From NCBI GenBank assembly GCA_964016885.1, contig OZ024740.1:247008001-247072000 (forward strand): a stretch of 64,000 bases of DNA, in the 5' to 3' direction. Made by a program: the position numbers and the translations under genes. This document shows positions 26,104-38,954 of the stretch, one piece after another. The notes under the pieces are model-generated. The model did no database searches. It worked only from the letters and a program-made list of their open reading frames with translations, and had not been told where the DNA came from. The stretch's first letter is position 1; each line of letters starts with the position of its first letter. The stretch is from Eledone cirrhosa (Eukaryota).

Positions 26104-26170
26104 TATTTTATCTGATGAGGACGCACTGTTGAAGGTAGCTCAGTACCTCTGAAATATGTATAATAAAATA
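26104..26170 (+). ncRNA. Minimal hammerhead (weak stem II)
   Basis: TATTTTAT-CTGATGA-ggacgcactg..cagtacctct-GAAA-TATGTATA-ATAAAATA. Confidence 0.6.
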
Positions 26171-26701
26171 TACTTGATCACACGAATGTCTATATTTGTT
26201 AATATTTTGAATTAATATAAATATATATACATACATATATATACACACACACAATTCAACACAGAGTAAGGAGTTTGGCAACAGGTCAGTTACCCCATGT
26301 CATTTGTACGATTTCTTCTCTTTTCAAAATTTGAATTTGAATTTTAGCCATGTTATATTGGGATGTAAGTAAATGTAAAGTGTAAAATGTAAATAAAGAT
26401 TGCTCTGGCAAAATATATGGAAATATTTGTGTAACTTCCACAAACTTCTGTAAGGATATTTCCCGAGTCTAGTGAGCAAACGTTTTGTCGTATTTTGATG
26501 TTTCAGAATACAACAATTAATCAAAACTTACTCCATGAAAAGACAGCGCGTGTTGTCCGATCTATAAGCTCCCTAGATACATACATACATACATACATAC
26601 ATACATACATCCATCCATCCATCCATACATACATACATACATACATACATACATACATACATACATACATACATACAAACATACATACATACATACATAC
26701 A

Positions 26702-27020
26702 TAGTAAGGAAATTACAAGTACAATCTATTAATGGAACAGTAAAAATATGTAAAACATTCCAAAATGTTTGCATCTAATAACTGCATATACACATGTACA
26801 GATACACTTGAACAGATACAAAGCATATGCACATGCCACATACAACTCAAAACATCCACATCAACACATACAATAACATCCATACCTGCACACACATGCA
26901 GACATGCAGACATATCTACCTAGTTGATGTTGTGTAAATTCCAATATGAGAGTATTGTATCTATGTTAGAAACCGACTCTCTATTGGCAAATATTTGTGA
27001 AGTTATAAAACGAGAAGAAC
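26702..27020 (+). mobile_element. 3' end of CATA-associated RLE LINE
   Basis: Matches 29722-30032; flanked by (CATA)n on both sides. Confidence 0.8.
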
Positions 27021-28146
27021 ATACATACATACATACAGTCAGTCAGTAAACGCGATCAGTCGCATATTTTGGTGTGGGAGACTATTCATTAAATTTAAGA
27101 TGAATACTATCTCCGACAGTAATACCACAACTACAGTCATGTTGAATAACTGGATATTCTTCTAACTATATCCAATGAAGACACCTTTTATTCTAATTCG
27201 TAGAGATATCCGACTAAATATAAAATTCATTTTACAAGAATTTGCTACAGACAGCATGGCTGAACACAACATCAACAACAACAACATTAGTGGAATACCG
27301 AAGAAAAATGAGAAAGGTAAACAAAATTTATTCAGTTGTAGCTACAGAAGAAACTGAAATTATAAATCGCATTTCTCTTGGAGTTGCGAACTTAATAATG
27401 ATTTACTTAATTGTTATAAAATGGCAAAAAACAATCCCTCCATTGGCTATATTAACTGAATGAAGCTACATTGGGACGAAATACATCCAGAGCTAAAACA
27501 TTTCACAGCGAAACAATTACGCCAACAAGCGACGTTTGTTGAACGTAAAAATAAGATAAATATTATTAATTGTAAGTTCCCCACAACAAACATGTTATCA
27601 ACAACACGTGCTACAGGTCGCCATGCTACTAGACTTCCTAGTAGCCAGGTCGAACAGTGCCTTGAAACAACCAAGCCTGAAAGAAATTTTACACCAGGTC
27701 TACCATCTAAGTCTACCTCGAATGCTGATGAAAACACTAACGATAATAATAATAATCGAAGAAATAATAATAATAATCGAAGAAATTTGACGCCACGTGT
27801 AGCATCCGAGTCTACCTCGACTGTTGTGGAAAATACTATCGATAATGATAATAATCAAAAGTATAAACAATTGAAAATTTCCCTCAACGAAATCTTCCAG
27901 AGAGAAATTAATTCATGTATAAACATTTCTCTTGCTGAACGTATTAAAACAACAATATTTAATAAAAACCAAATAATGAAATATTACGTGTTATTGACGA
28001 AATAGGGGATGAATATTTACGACGGATAAAAAGCCCAACACTTTGGCAAATCAACGCCTGTTTATATGCCTTAGCATCGACAGTGAAGCATTATCTTGGT
28101 GATAGCAGATATTAACAAGAACAAAACACCACCAAAAATACCGTCA

Positions 28147-28933
28147 TCTATATTACTAAAACATAGAATGTCTGTTTGTCTGTCTGTACAATCACTAAAA
28201 CTCGAGAACCACCCAACCGATTGTTTTCAAACTTTACAAATGTAATACTTATGATCCTATTGAGTGGGCTGAGAAAAAAAATTAAAATTTTCAATGCTCT
28301 AGGGACCGTATTAGGCGATTTAGCGATCTCTTTCTCTCTCACTCTTAGTCTTTCTCTTTTTAGATAGATACATAGATATTACCTTGCGCCCTTATAATAT
28401 CTGTCTGTCTGTCTACATTACGTCATTATGACGCGGTGTGTGTGTGTATGTGTGTGTGTGTGTATAGTGTATATATATATAGAGTGTGTAAGGTATTTCA
28501 AAATATTTACTTCTGCATTTATTATTTTAGTTTCAGAAGAACCCGTTAAGGGTGAAAGCAGCGATTCTTTGCTTAAACTTTAATCTGTTATTTTAATATA
28601 TATATATTCGTGTACAGATATTTTTGCATACACATATACACAAAAGTATTTATTTCGCGATAAAGTATTGCTTTTCTTCGAACGGAGAAAACCCCTGATA
28701 ATGTATGACGAACTTTTTTTTATAAGCACAAAATGTAGATACCATTCCGAGGCCGAGGTATTCCGTACTTCTCTGTACTGTTATTTATATATTCGTGTAC
28801 AGATATTTTTGCATACACAATAACAAAATATAAACAAACGTATTTACTTCACGAGGCTCGAGAAGGATAAATATATATCAAATATATAAGAACCCTAGAG
28901 CAAATCCCGAGCAACGCCGGGCCATTCTGCTAG
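28147..28933 (+). mobile_element. Non-autonomous Helitron
   Basis: 5' TC, 3' hairpin cccgagcaacgccggg then CTAG; inserted between A and T with no TSD; the host LINE is continuous across it (compare 6901-6950). Confidence 0.88.
28529..28579 (+). ncRNA. Type I hammerhead-like motif, U4A core variant
   Basis: AGTTT-CAGAAGA-ACCC gttaa GGGT-GAA-AGCA gcgattctt TGCT-T-AAACT. Confidence 0.55.
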
Positions 28934-30074
28934 TATATAACTAAAATAGAAAAAAAGATTTCTGACCTACGAAAAACGATAGGATATGTGACAATGCTCC
29001 TTACATGCAAACAAACACAAAAACAAAATTCACTCCTCACCTACAAAGAGTGAAAAATAAAATAGAGACGATGTTTGGTAACAGTAGAACCAGAACTCTT
29101 CAATATAAGCTGATCACCCTCAAACAAGAATTGAGAGTTGTCAGCGAAAAACGCCGATACCTGAAGAAGGTAGATGAAAGAAAAGTGCTTAATAAAAGAT
29201 TCAGACGAAACCAAACATCAGTCTATTGAGATATGAAGGGCAAAATAATAAGTGTTACTGAGGCCCCATCCCAGAAATACATAGATTCCTTTTGGAGAAA
29301 AATATGGGGGTGAAAAGAAGAATTTCAACCAAGATGTAGTGTGGCTAAAAGAAATCCAAAAGAACTATTGCTCCTACACTACAACAAAACCATACGAAAT
29401 AAGTGAGGGTACCTTTGAGACTGTGATAGGAAAATTCCAAGATAAGAAAACACCAGGAAGAGACATGATTGTCGGCTACTGGTACAAAAAAACTGATATT
29501 CTATTGGAGGTATCTTACTGACCTCTACCAACAAGTTCTTAAGGGAGATACACTTATACCAGAATGGTTGATATTAGCACAAACATTACTGGTCCCCAAG
29601 AACAAAGACACCCACTTGGCAAATAACTACCGACCCATTGTGATTATTGGGGCACTGGGATATGTTAGTAATTGCCTCAATACAAATTTTGAGAAGCTGG
29701 GAAAACAGAAAGAACACAACTAGTTAGGAAATTACAAGTACAATCCATCAATGGAACAGTAAAAATATGTAAAACATTCCCAAAATTTTGCATCTAATAA
29801 CTGCATATACACATGTACAGATACAAAGCATATACACATGCACACATACAACTCAAAACATACACATCCTCACATACAATAACATCCATACCTACACATT
29901 CATGCATGCAGACATGCATACATATCTACCTAGTTGATGTGTAAATTCCAAAGAGAGAGTCTTGTAACTATGTTAGAAACCGACTCTCTCTCTCTATTGG
30001 CAACAATTTGTGAAATTATAAAACCAGAAGAACATACATACATACATACATACATACATACATACAAGATAGTT

Positions 30075-30580
30075 GCAACTCAATTTAGAGTAATGCCATT
30101 ACTTGATACTTAAGCCAGAGCATCACAAAGGTGGCCTTTTAGTCCTGCTAAGGACTTGCCTATGGTCAGAAATATCATCCATTGCAAAACATGTCACATA
30201 TCAACCAATGCCTATACTTGAAGTATTTTTAAGTGTGGAAAGGCTTTGTATGGAGTCAATTCCACTTTCTGAACATCAAATGCATTCTCCGAAAAAGAAG
30301 AACTAGTCTACTACATCATTAGATGCAAATGAAGTCGCAGGTTTTATATTAGCGTGACCTTCTCTTAGAGAGATGTCTTAATAAAGACAAGGAGTCTCTC
30401 GGTCCACAAAAAAAAAAAAATCTTTAATGGATGGCCATTGACTCTCCTGAGTTCCTCCACCTTTTGACAAGTTTTGTTTTTCATCCCGCAGAGTGTCAAA
30501 AATCCCCCTCCTCACCAAGCACGCTTGGTGGGGTTGCCGGTTTAGTCGCCGAGAACCGACCATGTTTATGTCAGGTAACA
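30075..30580 (-). mobile_element. LINE 5'UTR-like repeat (family of 408-1016)
   Basis: Shared blocks with 720-960 and 5690-5830. Confidence 0.6.
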
Positions 30581-30619
30581 TGTAGCATACATAGATAAAT
30601 ACATACATACATACATACT

Positions 30620-31015
30620 AAGCCATGATGTAGTGGCCAAAAGACTGTACAATGCAATCCGTAGAAAAGATAGCCCCGATAATAAACACATTAAATGCTA
30701 CAGCAATGTGGAAGACATACATATACATAATATGAAAGAGTACTGGTGGAATGTTCCAGTAAAATCCCCAATAAAATGCAGGCATAACAGCCCAGATATT
30801 ATGATATGGGACAGGGAAAAGAAAGCATGCACAGTAGTGGAACTTAGAGAGAGAGTTGGTTTCTAACATAGTTACAAGACTCTCTCATTGGAATTTACAC
30901 ATCAACTAGGTAGATATGTCTGCATGTCTGCATGCATGTGTGTGTAGGTATGGAAGTTAGAAACCGACTCTCTCTCTATTCGTAAAAATCTGTGAAATTA
31001 TAAAACCAGAAGATC
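30620..31015 (+). mobile_element. Rearranged RLE-LINE 3' fragment
   Basis: HDVVAK..EYWWNVP..HNSPDIMIWD..CTVVE, then an inverted 3'UTR piece (~30850-30950), then the 3' end. Confidence 0.7.
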
Positions 31016-31506
31016 ATACATACATATATGCATGTATGCATACGTTAATACATACATACATCCAAGTAGACTGACCGACTGAAACTCAAACACACAGAAT
31101 ATCGCTGTAATGAAGGTATTATCAGCATCACAAGTTTCTGCAGCAAACGTCGATGAGACCGAGATGTAATTAAATATCACTATTAACAAGAAACCTTACG
31201 TCACAGTTGTTGTTATGTTTGTTGTTGGTGTTAAAGGTGTTGTTGTTGTTGAGGATAGTTCTCTTGATGTTGGTGTAGTTTATTGATATTGTTGTTGTAT
31301 CGTTATTTTTATAAGGTTTCATATCTAATTAAGAATCACTATCAGACATGATTAATCTTATCATTTGTTTGTTATATACTCCTCCTACAACTACTACCAT
31401 TCTCCCACTATTATTATCCTCACTACCGCTACTACCACTACTACAACGACAACAATCATTATCATCAACACCATGAACGCCGTCGTTGTTGTCATAATTG
31501 TTACTG

Positions 31507-31690
31507 AGTGGATTGGCAGTACCGGTAGAGCGTCGGACGCCATGCTTTGACGTATAGAGTTACGGCACTTGTCATTCTGAGTTCAAATCCCGCTGAGGTT
31601 AACTTTGCCGTTCATTCCTTACGGGGTCGATAAAATAAAGTACCAGTAATACACTGGGAAATTGCTGGCCTTGTGCCAAAAGTAGAAAAT
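31507..31690 (+). mobile_element. tRNA-derived SINE
   Basis: A and B boxes plus family body. Confidence 0.9.
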
Positions 31691-31816
31691 TATTACTGAA
31701 TTTGTCTCAGCTTGTACCATGTTTCATCATCATATTGGATTATACGTTTGTTATAATAAATGTTGATTATGGGCATCATTTCCACAATTTGTTTCACTCT
31801 CCCCCCCCCCCACACC

Positions 31817-31851
<35 letters not shown>

Positions 31852-31963
31852 TATATAGTTCGGAATATCAGAAAACAAAAAAAAACAAATAAAACAGACA
31901 AACGCAGGTGTAAATGTTACAAATATTATTAGTTTCACGCTTGGTGAGAGTGGGGGGTGGGTC

Positions 31964-31999
31964 GCGACGTTTCGGGCATAAGCCCTTCATTAGAAGAAG
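31964..31999 (-). ncRNA. Degenerate minimal hammerhead (G5A)
   Basis: - strand: CTAATGA-AGGGC ttat GCCC-GAAAC-GTC; stem I does not pair. Confidence 0.45.
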
Positions 32000-32049
32000 G
32001 GAGGGGGGGGGTACTCTGAGAAGCAGTGAGGGGGGAGTTAGCGAGAAAA

Positions 32050-34360
32050 ATAGGAATAAAACTAAAACATGTGTCATCAGCAGAGAGGCCTACAACACCC
32101 TGGCCCTCCAACACCTTGACGATGACAACTTCTACTCCAAGGTCACGGGAATTACTCCCGCGCAGATAGAAGAGCACATCAACGCCGCCTGGACCAACAT
32201 CTGCGACCGGCGGAAGCTCCCGAAGAAGCTGAGATACAACCTCCTCACGAGGAACAGCAGACTACCCACCTTCTACCACCTCGTGAAAACACACAAACAG
32301 GGACCCGAAGGAAGGACCACTCTACAAAATTTCATGGCTCCTAGCCAGAATATTCAAACCCATCTTAGACACCTTGCCGGGACACGTTAACAGCTCCGAG
32401 GAGGTGTTGAAGCGCCTGCATCAAATGGATCCCGACACCAGAAAGAATAACAAATATGCCTTCAGCTTTGATGTAGTCGCTCTCTACACCTCGGTCCCAG
32501 CACTCCCGACCGTCAATATACTGATGGAACGCGTCCAATCCCCGACCTACACTGCTTCGGGCTCACCACAACTGATATCCACCAAATCCTATCCATCCTC
32601 GTCGACAACACCTACTTCGGATTCCTTGACCAAACATACCAACAAACCTCGGGACTGCCCATGGGATCGAGCCTGTCGGGTGTGCTAGCGATCTCTTACA
32701 TGGACAGCCTCGAGCGTAAGGCACTCAACGTCTGCCACCCCAACGCCGTCGCCTTTTTCTCAAGGTACGTGGACGATATCCTCATCCTCACATCTTCCCA
32801 AGACATGGCGAACAGAACCTATGAGAAGTTCAACAACACGGACGAGAACATTGACTTCATTGTTGAACACCCCAACGACGACGGGTCACTTGCCCTCCAC
32901 AACTTCCGAATCAACATCACGAAACAGGGAGGGATCCACAGCAACTTCTACCGAAAGGCAGCCTGCAGGGACCTGTTCGTCCACTACAAGTCCGCCCTCC
33001 CTAACAGTGCCAAAAGAGGATACATCACGAACGAGATCGCGCGAATCAAAAACAGATGCAGCGATCCCGCGAGTGGTGTCACTCATACCAAGCGATTCCT
33101 CGAGGTGCTGGAGACGAACGGGTATCCTAGCTCGCTCACAGACAGAGTAGCAGACACCAGGCACAAGTGACAGAGAGGCACCCAAGGCAAGTGCTTCCTT
33201 AAAATGCCACACCTGGGCGAGAATACCACCAACGCTATCCGCAAGGCTATACGGAGGGAGGGCCTCGACATCCACCTGGTCCACTCGGGCCGTCCCTGCG
33301 AAGATGCCTCTCCAGGAAACCCGGGAAATCAACTGACGCGTGCTCCCTCAGAGACTGCCCGATGCGCCATGCGAACTGTTGCCTACGCACATACGTCGTG
33401 TATAAGATAGAATGTAACAAGGGCAACCAATAATATATAGGTAGCACAATCCGGCCGGATCAAGGAACACACTAAAACCAGGGCCTCGTCTTTCCGGAAA
33501 CACATAGCCAAATGCGGAAACAAAGACGGAAGGCCCATTGTCACAATTATAGCGACAGAAAGAAACGTCGGCACATTACGTATCAAGGAAGCACTTTGGA
33601 TCAAACGCCTAGGGCCACAACTAAACAACCGATCCGAGAGAAGCGAAATGAGGTGGTTGGTTTAAGTTAACAAACGATGCAGCAACACACGCACACACAC
33701 AAGCGAGACAGCAACACACGCACACACACACACAAGCGAGACAGCAACACACGCACACACACACACACACACACACAGTAGCATTCCACCATACAAACAT
33801 ACTACACTGCCAATACAGAGGAACAAGGCAACAACACACGCACACATACACACACTCAAGCGAGAAAACAACACACACACGCACACACACACACACACAC
33901 ACAGTAACATTCACCAAACAGGCAGAGAATGGACTGACAGCTAGCGCCACCCCACTCCCACGATTGAAAGAACTACTTCGGTCGTTGACCTCTGCCTGAC
34001 CGACCCCATTTCACGCGCACGCGAGCTCTGCTGAATACCTCAGATATTCAAATCAACGGACAGCGGAGGACATGTTTCGCACCTTTCCGACAGACAACCT
34101 CCCCACCCCCCGGAAAAAACCCCAGTTGATGGATGTGAATCCGAAATATATAGGGACAATTAAATCTCTCCCAAGGTAACTCTTTCTCGTGTTGTTATTT
34201 TTATTTTTATCCTTTACGCTCTTTCCTTCATTCCTCTACACGTTACAGTCTTATACACGCCACGCATGTCAACGTACACCCACTTACATCTCTCTCTCCA
34301 CCACCGGATCTTGTTACCCGGAGATCTACCCATCTGCATTGTCGAGGCTTCCAAACGACT
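32050..34360 (+). mobile_element. Penelope-like element (RT + GIY-YIG) pseudogene with 3' pLTR
   Basis: RLPTFYHLVKTHK, FSFDVVALYTSVP, MGSSLSGVLA, FSRYVDDIL, FYRK; VVYKIEC..YIGST; degenerate hammerhead at 34120-34155. Confidence 0.85.
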
Positions 34361-34365
34361 TAAAA

Positions 34366-34407
<42 letters not shown>

Positions 34408-34539
34408 GGAGAGAGATAGATAGATAGATAGATATGCACATAAACACACACGCGCGCGAACACACACAGAGGCAGTGACGTAACGCCTGGTTATCAAAGT
34501 AAGCATTCTAGACTAAAACTAGGTTATATTAATAATAAT

Positions 34540-35130
34540 TGTTTCTACTTTTGGCACAAGGCCAGCAATTATCCAGTGCATTACTGGTATTTTATTTTAT
34601 CGACCCCGTAAGGATGAAAGCTAAAGTTAACCTCAACGGGATTTGAACTCAGACCGTAAAGGGGCGTAACTATGCTAGAAAGCATGGCGTCCGACCCTCT
34701 ACCGATACTGCCAATCCACCGCGATATTAATAATAATTGTTTCTAGTTTTTGGCACAAGGCCAGCAATTATCCAGTGCATTATTGGTACTTTATTTTATC
34801 GACCCCGTAAGGATGAAAGGCAAAGTTAACCTCGGCGGGAATTGAACTCAGATCGTAAAGGGACGTAACTATGCTGGAAAGCATAATCCAACCCTCTACC
34901 GATACTGCCAATTCACAATAATATTTCATTTTTAGGCCTAAGGCCAACCATTTTAGAGGATGCGTAAATTCGATTAAACCAACCCCAGTATCTCATAGGT
35001 ATTTTATTTTGTTGACTTCGTAATGATGAAAGGCAAAGTTCACATCGGTGGGATTTGAACTCTGATGGCTGAAGGCCGGAACATATAACACGATATATTC
35101 TAGTTGACGCTCCAACGACTCTGCCTCTAT
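34540..35130 (-). mobile_element. Tandem trimer of tRNA-derived SINEs
   Basis: Copies at ~34540-34722, ~34740-34912 and ~34925-35130 (oldest); atattaataataattgttt is duplicated around the first. Confidence 0.88.
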
Positions 35131-35765
35131 TAATAAGATATTTGTTTAATGATTATCAGTAGTGATGATGGTGGTAATGATGATGATGATGATGATGTCA
35201 ATGATGATGATTATGATGATGCAGATGATGATGATAATGGTGATGATGATGATGAGCTTGCTTTTTAAGTCCCAAGTCAACAATAAGCAACCAATGATAG
35301 AATTAAAAAAAACAAAAAAACTATTGGATGCTCTTTGAGGGAAATATTTTTGTTATTTCTAGTAGGTCGGGAGATCACGTTTATATTCTCCTGTAATGAG
35401 TCTATGACGACGGTGACGACAAAGAGGCTGCTGATGATGATGATGATGATGGGGAGGAGGAGGAGGAAGAGGACAGGATGGAGGCTGAGGAAAAGCACAA
35501 TGAAAAGGTAGAGATATTAATATTAATGTCGGTCGCGGTGCTTGTGAATTATGGTTGTGAAAGTGAAATTAGGTTAGTCAACTAAACAATAGAAACATTG
35601 AGCATATTGTGAGGTCATTGTAAAGAAGAGAAATACTTGGAACAGCGAAAGTGGTACAAGTGTTGGGAAGTACTGAGGACATTGAAGTGGCTTTGACGTA
35701 ACTACGACAGTCCGTCACTTTCCATTTAGTTTCCATACACTCATCTTTATATCAATGTTACATGT

Positions 35766-35827
<62 letters not shown>

Positions 35828-35832
35828 TTATT

Positions 35833-36052
35833 AAAATAACAGATTAAAGTTTAAGCAAAGAATCGCTGCTTTCACCCTTAACGGGATCTTCTGAAACTAA
35901 CAAAGTCAATCTGTAAACGCAGAACTGGATATTTCAAAAAACGTTGCAACCGGAGGAAGACGGGAAGATGATACTTTGGTTCGTGGAAACATTCGCTGGC
36001 TAAGAACGGGAAAAAACGAATATAATACGTCATTAATAGGAGCGGTGAAAAA
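35833..36052 (-). repeat. Solo PLE 3'UTR/pLTR fragment with U4A hammerhead (35848-35898)
   Basis: Near identical to 43221-43440. Confidence 0.8.
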
Positions 36053-36247
36053 CATATATATATATGTGTGTGTGTGTCTGTGTGTGTGTGTGTGTGTGTG
36101 TGTATTCGTGAGTGAATAATAATAATAATATAATATTATTAACATTTGGTTTGTTTGCAAGTAAACCGAATATTAATAATATCATAATGCACTGGGTAAT
36201 TGCTGGCCTTGTGCCAAACGTAGAAACAATTATATTATCATCATGTA

Positions 36248-36432
36248 AGGTGGATTGGCAGTATCGGTAGAGGGTCGGACGCCGTGCTATGCAGCAAAGA
36301 GTTACGACCCTCTATGGACTGAGTTCAAATCCCGCCGAGGTTAACTTTGCCTTTCATCCTTACGGGATCGATAAAATAAAGTACCAGTAATACACTGGGA
36401 TAATTGCTGGCGTTGTGCCAAAAAGTAGAAAC
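36248..36432 (+). mobile_element. tRNA-derived SINE (preceded by a SINE 3' fragment at 36186-36230)
   Basis: A and B boxes plus family body. Confidence 0.9.
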
Positions 36433-36818
36433 AATTATATTATTATCATCACGAATACACCTAGGTATGCAACAAATGGTGTTTAAATTGTCTAATTGGC
36501 GTTTATAATCCAGATAGTTGTTTGTACCCAAGATGGTGTTTATAGTCCACTTGGTGTTTATAGTCTAGTTGATATTTATAAACCAGACAACATTGACCTC
36601 ATCGTCATTTGAACTCAGATCGTAACGGGCAGTAACTAAATAACAAAAGTACGTTGTTTGACATTCTATTTTGACGCATTTATAATGAAGATTAATTGTA
36701 ACCTTTCAATAATTTCTGGTATCCGTGTGTACATGCCAGTATGTCGGTGCGTATATATATATATATATCTATAGTGTGTGTGTGTGTGTATGTGTGTGTG
36801 TGTGTGCGCGCGTGTGTG

Positions 36819-36866
<48 letters not shown>

Positions 36867-37029
36867 GATAAAGTACGTATATTTTGGTGTCACTATATTT
36901 GTGTGTTTTATGTGTATGTATGTGTATGTAAGTATGTATGTATGTATGTATGTATGTATGTATGTATGTATGTATGTTTGTATGTATGTTTTCTCTTTCT
37001 CTTAATTTCGAGTATATTTTTTTGACCGG

Positions 37030-37620
37030 CCACCTTCCTGGTGGCAAGGTTGTAAAAGAAAAGAAATTGTCATCCCTTGAATCGCAAGAATGTTTTGCAT
37101 ATTTTGAAGGTGCCAGCTATCGCAGCCATTTGTAGACTATGAATTAGGGAGCTGCGCTTTTTGTCCGCAAATCCAAGTTCGGTCATACTTTGGTCCAAGC
37201 GGGTTGGTATATAACCCGTAGCACCAATAATGATGGGTATGAAGCTAAAGGTGTATCTTGGATACTGGATTTGTAAGCTCCTCATCAATGGTCCGTAGAT
37301 GTCCTCCTTCTCCTGTATTTTTCTGTCAACGTTTACATCAAGTGGGCAGCTGATCTCCACAACAGAACACGTTTTCAATGTGTGGTCCCAAACTACAATA
37401 TCAGGCCGGTTGTGCTTTAATTTGGTGGCAGTCTTTATTTTCAGGTTCCACCAGTATTCCTTAGTGCCATCTGTCTCAATATATTCTTCCTCGTTTGTTG
37501 TTAATTTTGTTTTCCGAAGTGCGTTCCAGATAGTTCTAGCTATCCCATCGTGTCTCATGGGGAGGTAGTAGCGAGATGACATTCTTTCGCAGCTGGCAAC
37601 AATGTGGCTTACATCCTCAT
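37030..37620 (-). mobile_element. 5'-truncated R4/Dong-like LINE (CCHC end and RLE)
   Basis: HIVASCERM..MRHD..HNRPDIVVWD..VVEISCP..PIIIGATG; flanked by (TATG)n. Confidence 0.88.
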
Positions 37621-37839
37621 GTATGTATGTATGTTTGTATGTATGTATGTATGTATGTATGTATGTATGTATGTATGTATGTATGTATGTATGTATGTAT
37701 GTTTGTATGTATGTATGTATGTATGTATGTTTGTATGTATGTATGTTTGTATGTATGTAAAAGGTAAACAAAAATAACAACACAATCGGTACTGTATATG
37801 GGAGGAATATATTAGTTTAACACTTGAAATAGCAGGAAG

Positions 37840-38772
37840 AGAATCTTAACTTTTCAAAAGCAAGCCCTTCATCAGAAAAAAGAATGAGAAATTAGAAAGA
37901 ATGAGGGGACGGCTAGGGCGGAATCGGAAAAAGAAATTTAGAGAAAAATAACAGGTCCACTCATGTTGCCATCTCTTGGAAAAGTGTTGATGCTGGCGTT
38001 TTGTGTATGATATATTTTTTTTAGAAAAGTAGACGATGGAGCGCGTCTATCTGAAAGGAAAAGAAAACGATTTGTATATAGAGCTATACATGTGCGCGTG
38101 CATATATGCATGTGTATGTGTGCGTTTGTATGTGCGTGTGTATACGTCCGTACGAAGCTAAGAGGCTATATGTGTGTATATGTAAGTAAAAGACTGTGTG
38201 TATGTGTGCTAGTTAGTAGAAGCTGTGAGCAAAAGTACGTGTATATAAGGGAGTGTGTGTGTGTGTATACAGAGCTGTGGAGTTAAATGTAGAGGTGTGT
38301 GTGCCTATTTAGTTGGTCTGTACCAGCCTTAAGAAGCTATGTTTCTTGCAACAGCAAAGCCATAACAACCTAGGGGTGAAAGTACGCACGTGTGTGTGAC
38401 AGTGGTAAGGGGTAGAGAAGTAAGCATGAGCGTATGTGTGTAATATTACAGAAATTGGGGAGGGGAGTTGGGTCCATTGTGGAAACTGGATCCAAGGAAA
38501 ATCAGACTCTGTTCTGTCCTGGTGCGCGAGACCTGTCATCCGTGATGTAAAAGCACACCAATGATTGAGACATGTAGGGAAGAGTGACCTGGGGAACAGC
38601 AATGACGGGCAACGGCAGTATCCATACTGAGTCGAATGTCACTTAAATGTTCAGCAAATCGGTCCGTCAAACGGAGTCCTGTTTGTCCTCTGATGTATAA
38701 GGACCCGCAAAGGGAACACCGGAAGGCATAGACTACGTGGGTGGAGGTGCAGGTAAAGGAGTGGCGGATATA
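37840..38772 (-). mobile_element. Penelope-like 3' fragment (GIY-YIG) with hammerhead remnant
   Basis: Manual translation FTCTSTHVVYAFRCSLCGSLYIRGQTGLRLTDRFAEHL..VARH; CTGATGA-agggcttgctttt-GAAA at 37846-37880 (-). Confidence 0.8.
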
Positions 38773-38777
38773 AATAA

Positions 38778-38859
<82 letters not shown>

Positions 38860-38954
38860 ATGAGTATTTCATTGTTATTTAGTATGATCATATCATAAAC
38901 ATCTAAAACAAAGCCTCCCTTCCACCTGTCTATCTATCTATCTATCTATCTATT

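Larger units (their letters stand above)
25914..26218. repeat. Near-perfect 305 bp palindrome with two opposed hammerheads
   Basis: Arms mirror around ~26065. Confidence 0.92.
27040..30032 (+). mobile_element. R4/Dong-like LINE with internal RT deletion, interrupted by a Helitron
   Basis: Homologous to 5900-8990; ..NNYRPI fused directly to IIGALG; flanked by (CATA)n. Confidence 0.8.

Noticed and set aside
34540-35130. CRISPR-like or satellite array
   Set aside because: Three SINE copies of different divergence; no repeat-spacer structure and no cas genes in eukaryotic DNA.
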